Shown here: piece by piece, positions 62,184-64,000 of the stretch | How positions within the stretch are numbered: the stretch's first letter is position 1 | Layout of the letters: each line of letters opens with the position of its first letter | Source: Balamuthia mandrillaris | Lineage: Eukaryota | Assembly: GCA_031835245.2 (NCBI GenBank) | Contig: JAVKOQ020000043.1 | Location: 62,001 to 126,000, forward strand | DNA: 64,000 nucleotides | Reading direction: 5' to 3' | The notes under the pieces: model-generated | The model's input: only the letters and a program-made list of their open reading frames with translations | Told to the model about the DNA's origin: nothing | Databases searched by the model: none | Program-made: the position numbers and the translations under genes

Positions 62184-62714
62184 TGTTTTGTAACTTAAAC
62201 TGTTATTGCAGATGACCTATCTATGGGGAGGAAAGGAGACGTATACATGGGTTTGTGGATGTTCTTTCCAGTCTCTCTGATACTCAACAGCCATTTACAA
62301 CCGTTCTTTACTTCTTTTATCAAAAGGAGTGGCACAGCTTAGAGGGAAGGGTGAGGAAGCAGAAGGGAAACAGGGACTCCATCGGCGTATCGATCTCCGA
62401 GTTATTCCACGAGATTGTTGGGGTTGTGCCCTCCTTTACTTTACAGGCTCAGATCACTTCAACAGGTTTGCCAAGCGCTCATCTCAATCTTTCCGTAGTT
62501 TCTTTCTTTTCGCTCCGTCTCATCTTTCTTTCCTTTGCAAAGATCGATGAGGCTATGGGCACGGAAGCACGGGTTTTCGTTGAGTGAGAAAGCGCTGGTG
62601 CGACGACACACTGAAGATGTGAAAGGAGAGCCCATTCCTGGTTTACATACGGAAAAGGATGTATTCGATGCACTTAGTTTGGAGTACAAAGCACCACATG
62701 AACGTGATGTGTAA
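59030..62714 (+). CDS. POLL: DNA polymerase X family, Pol lambda-like (BRCT, long S/E-rich linker, 8-kDa lyase and catalytic domains); multi-exon
   Basis: BRCT-like N-terminus (EWLTESL); [91 protein letters not shown] at 62712-62714. The true start may be upstream (ATG 58872). Confidence 0.88.
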
Positions 62715-62751
62715 AGAATAGTTGGTTTTGGTTTTGTTTTAATTGTAAAGT

Positions 62752-63989
62752 TCAAGTGGAGGAAGAAGACGAAGAAGACGAGGAAGAAGGGCTTCCTTTG
62801 CTGTTGTTAAAGGAGAAAGCTTGTTTGCCAGGTTTTGGATCGCTCACGTGTGGATTGCCTTTGATGGAGAAGCGAAGCGGTTTTGTCGCCCATTCTTCCG
62901 CATAGTCAATGTTGATGCGAGGCGAAGCTACTATATTTTTCTCCGGTACTGGAGGTCCTTCTTCCAAAAATAAATCCTTTTTGTAGTTTTGTTTGAGAAG
63001 AAACGGAAGAAGGGAGAATGAGAAGAGGACAAACCTCATGAGTAGGAAGATCAACACCGTCGTAAGCAAGGTCCAGAAGCATAGCTTGACAAATCTTTCC
63101 AGGCCCACTGCAAAGATTGGTATCTTTCATAGGGGTACCTGCTTTGGCGCCGTTGGCGCTCTGCCTGTGTTTTCGCATCCATGTCAACCCTTCCATGGGC
63201 TCCAATGCCCGAACAAGAGTGGCAGCTCCCTCTCCCTCCGATGAGATGTTGAAGCAATGATGAATCCTGTAAATCCTGTTGTTCAATAGGATCGGTTAAC
63301 TATCTAAAAAAGAGAATATAGAGAAAGAAAACAAGAAAAGAGAAAGAGAAAGAGAAAGAGAAAGAGAAAGAGAAAGAGAAAGAGAAAGGGAAGAAAGAAC
63401 TGAAAACACAAATACGAAAAAGAACGGCATACCGATAGATGTAGGCAGTGCCAGGTGGCATGAACATGCTCTTATTCTTCTTCGTCACTTTGCCACCGTA
63501 GGAATGGGCTCCTTTGTCGTCCCCTCCGCAGTAGGCCTCCACCTCCACGATCCTCCCTGCCAACCGTCTCACCACGCCATCGATGGTGACCCTGCGGACG
63601 AGGATCTGCCCCAGCAGCGCCTTGGAGAGAGCGACGATGTCCCTCTCGTAGAAGCTTTTGTCCAGCCGGTTCCTTTGTTGCGGGTTGGCAGAGAACAAAC
63701 GAAGGAAGGAACGAGCGGCTGGAGAAGAAGAACCCGTTAAAGTGGTGTCTTCGGCTTTTGGCTTTTTGTGGGGAGAAGGTTGAATGGCGAGAGTGTTTGT
63801 GGTTTCTCCTTCTCCTTCTGCTTCCTCTTTCTCTTTCTCTTTTGCTTCAGCCTTTTCTGTCTCGTGTGCGTCTTCTTGTTTTGCTTTCTCTGGTGTGCTG
63901 TGTGCTTCTTGTTCTGGCGTTTTTCGTTTTGCGCCCACTTCCGTCTTCCGTTGCGGTGATGGCGAGGTATCTTCCTTCTTCGAAAGCAT
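62752..63989 (-). CDS. MPG: DNA-3-methyladenine glycosylase (MPG/AAG family); 3 exons
   Basis: ALLGQILVRR, GRIVEVEAYCGGDDKGAHSY, NKSMFMPPGTAYIY, HCFNISSEGEGAATLVRALEP, LCSGPGKICQAM, VASPRINI..AEEWATKPLRF. The start may lie at or beyond the window edge. Confidence 0.92.
63338..63388. repeat. (GAGAAA)n hexanucleotide repeat in an MPG intron
   Basis: Tandem AGAAAG units. Confidence 0.85.
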
Positions 63990-64000
63990 CCATCCAGACA

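Overview
Gene-dense, intron-rich eukaryotic DNA with short GT-AG introns that often contain (CT)n or (CTT)n microsatellites. Gene content and style suggest a free-living amoebozoan (Acanthamoeba/Balamuthia-like); this is an inference only. Nineteen protein-coding genes can be modelled. Sixteen have a family or domain call: a CPW-type ankyrin-repeat protein, a GDP-hexose phosphorylase, a ParA/Soj ATPase, uridine kinase-UPRT, F-box-JmjC, Clu-RCC1, a 2OG-Fe(II) oxygenase, DPH2, a type II PI4K-gamma, a ~5,000-aa surface receptor, an insulysin, a ketopantoate-reductase-family enzyme, an oxalate-CoA ligase, a DOPA 4,5-dioxygenase, TMEM256 and the DNA repair pair Pol X/MPG counted separately; the remainder are hypothetical. 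Most notable: (1) a head-to-head pair of oxalate-CoA ligase and a PanE2-like reductase, resembling a bacterial-type oxalate->oxalyl-CoA->glyoxylate assimilation module in a eukaryote; (2) a giant receptor of bacterial fimbrial/isopeptide-type repeats fused to a TRP-like multi-pass domain and an NPxY-bearing tail; (3) a bacterial-type ParA ATPase with a spliced NLS-like exon; (4) membrane-anchored or secreted forms of normally soluble enzymes. Family calls come from motif recognition, not database searches, and exon boundaries are manual models. No rRNA, tRNA, CRISPR array or transposase was recognised.
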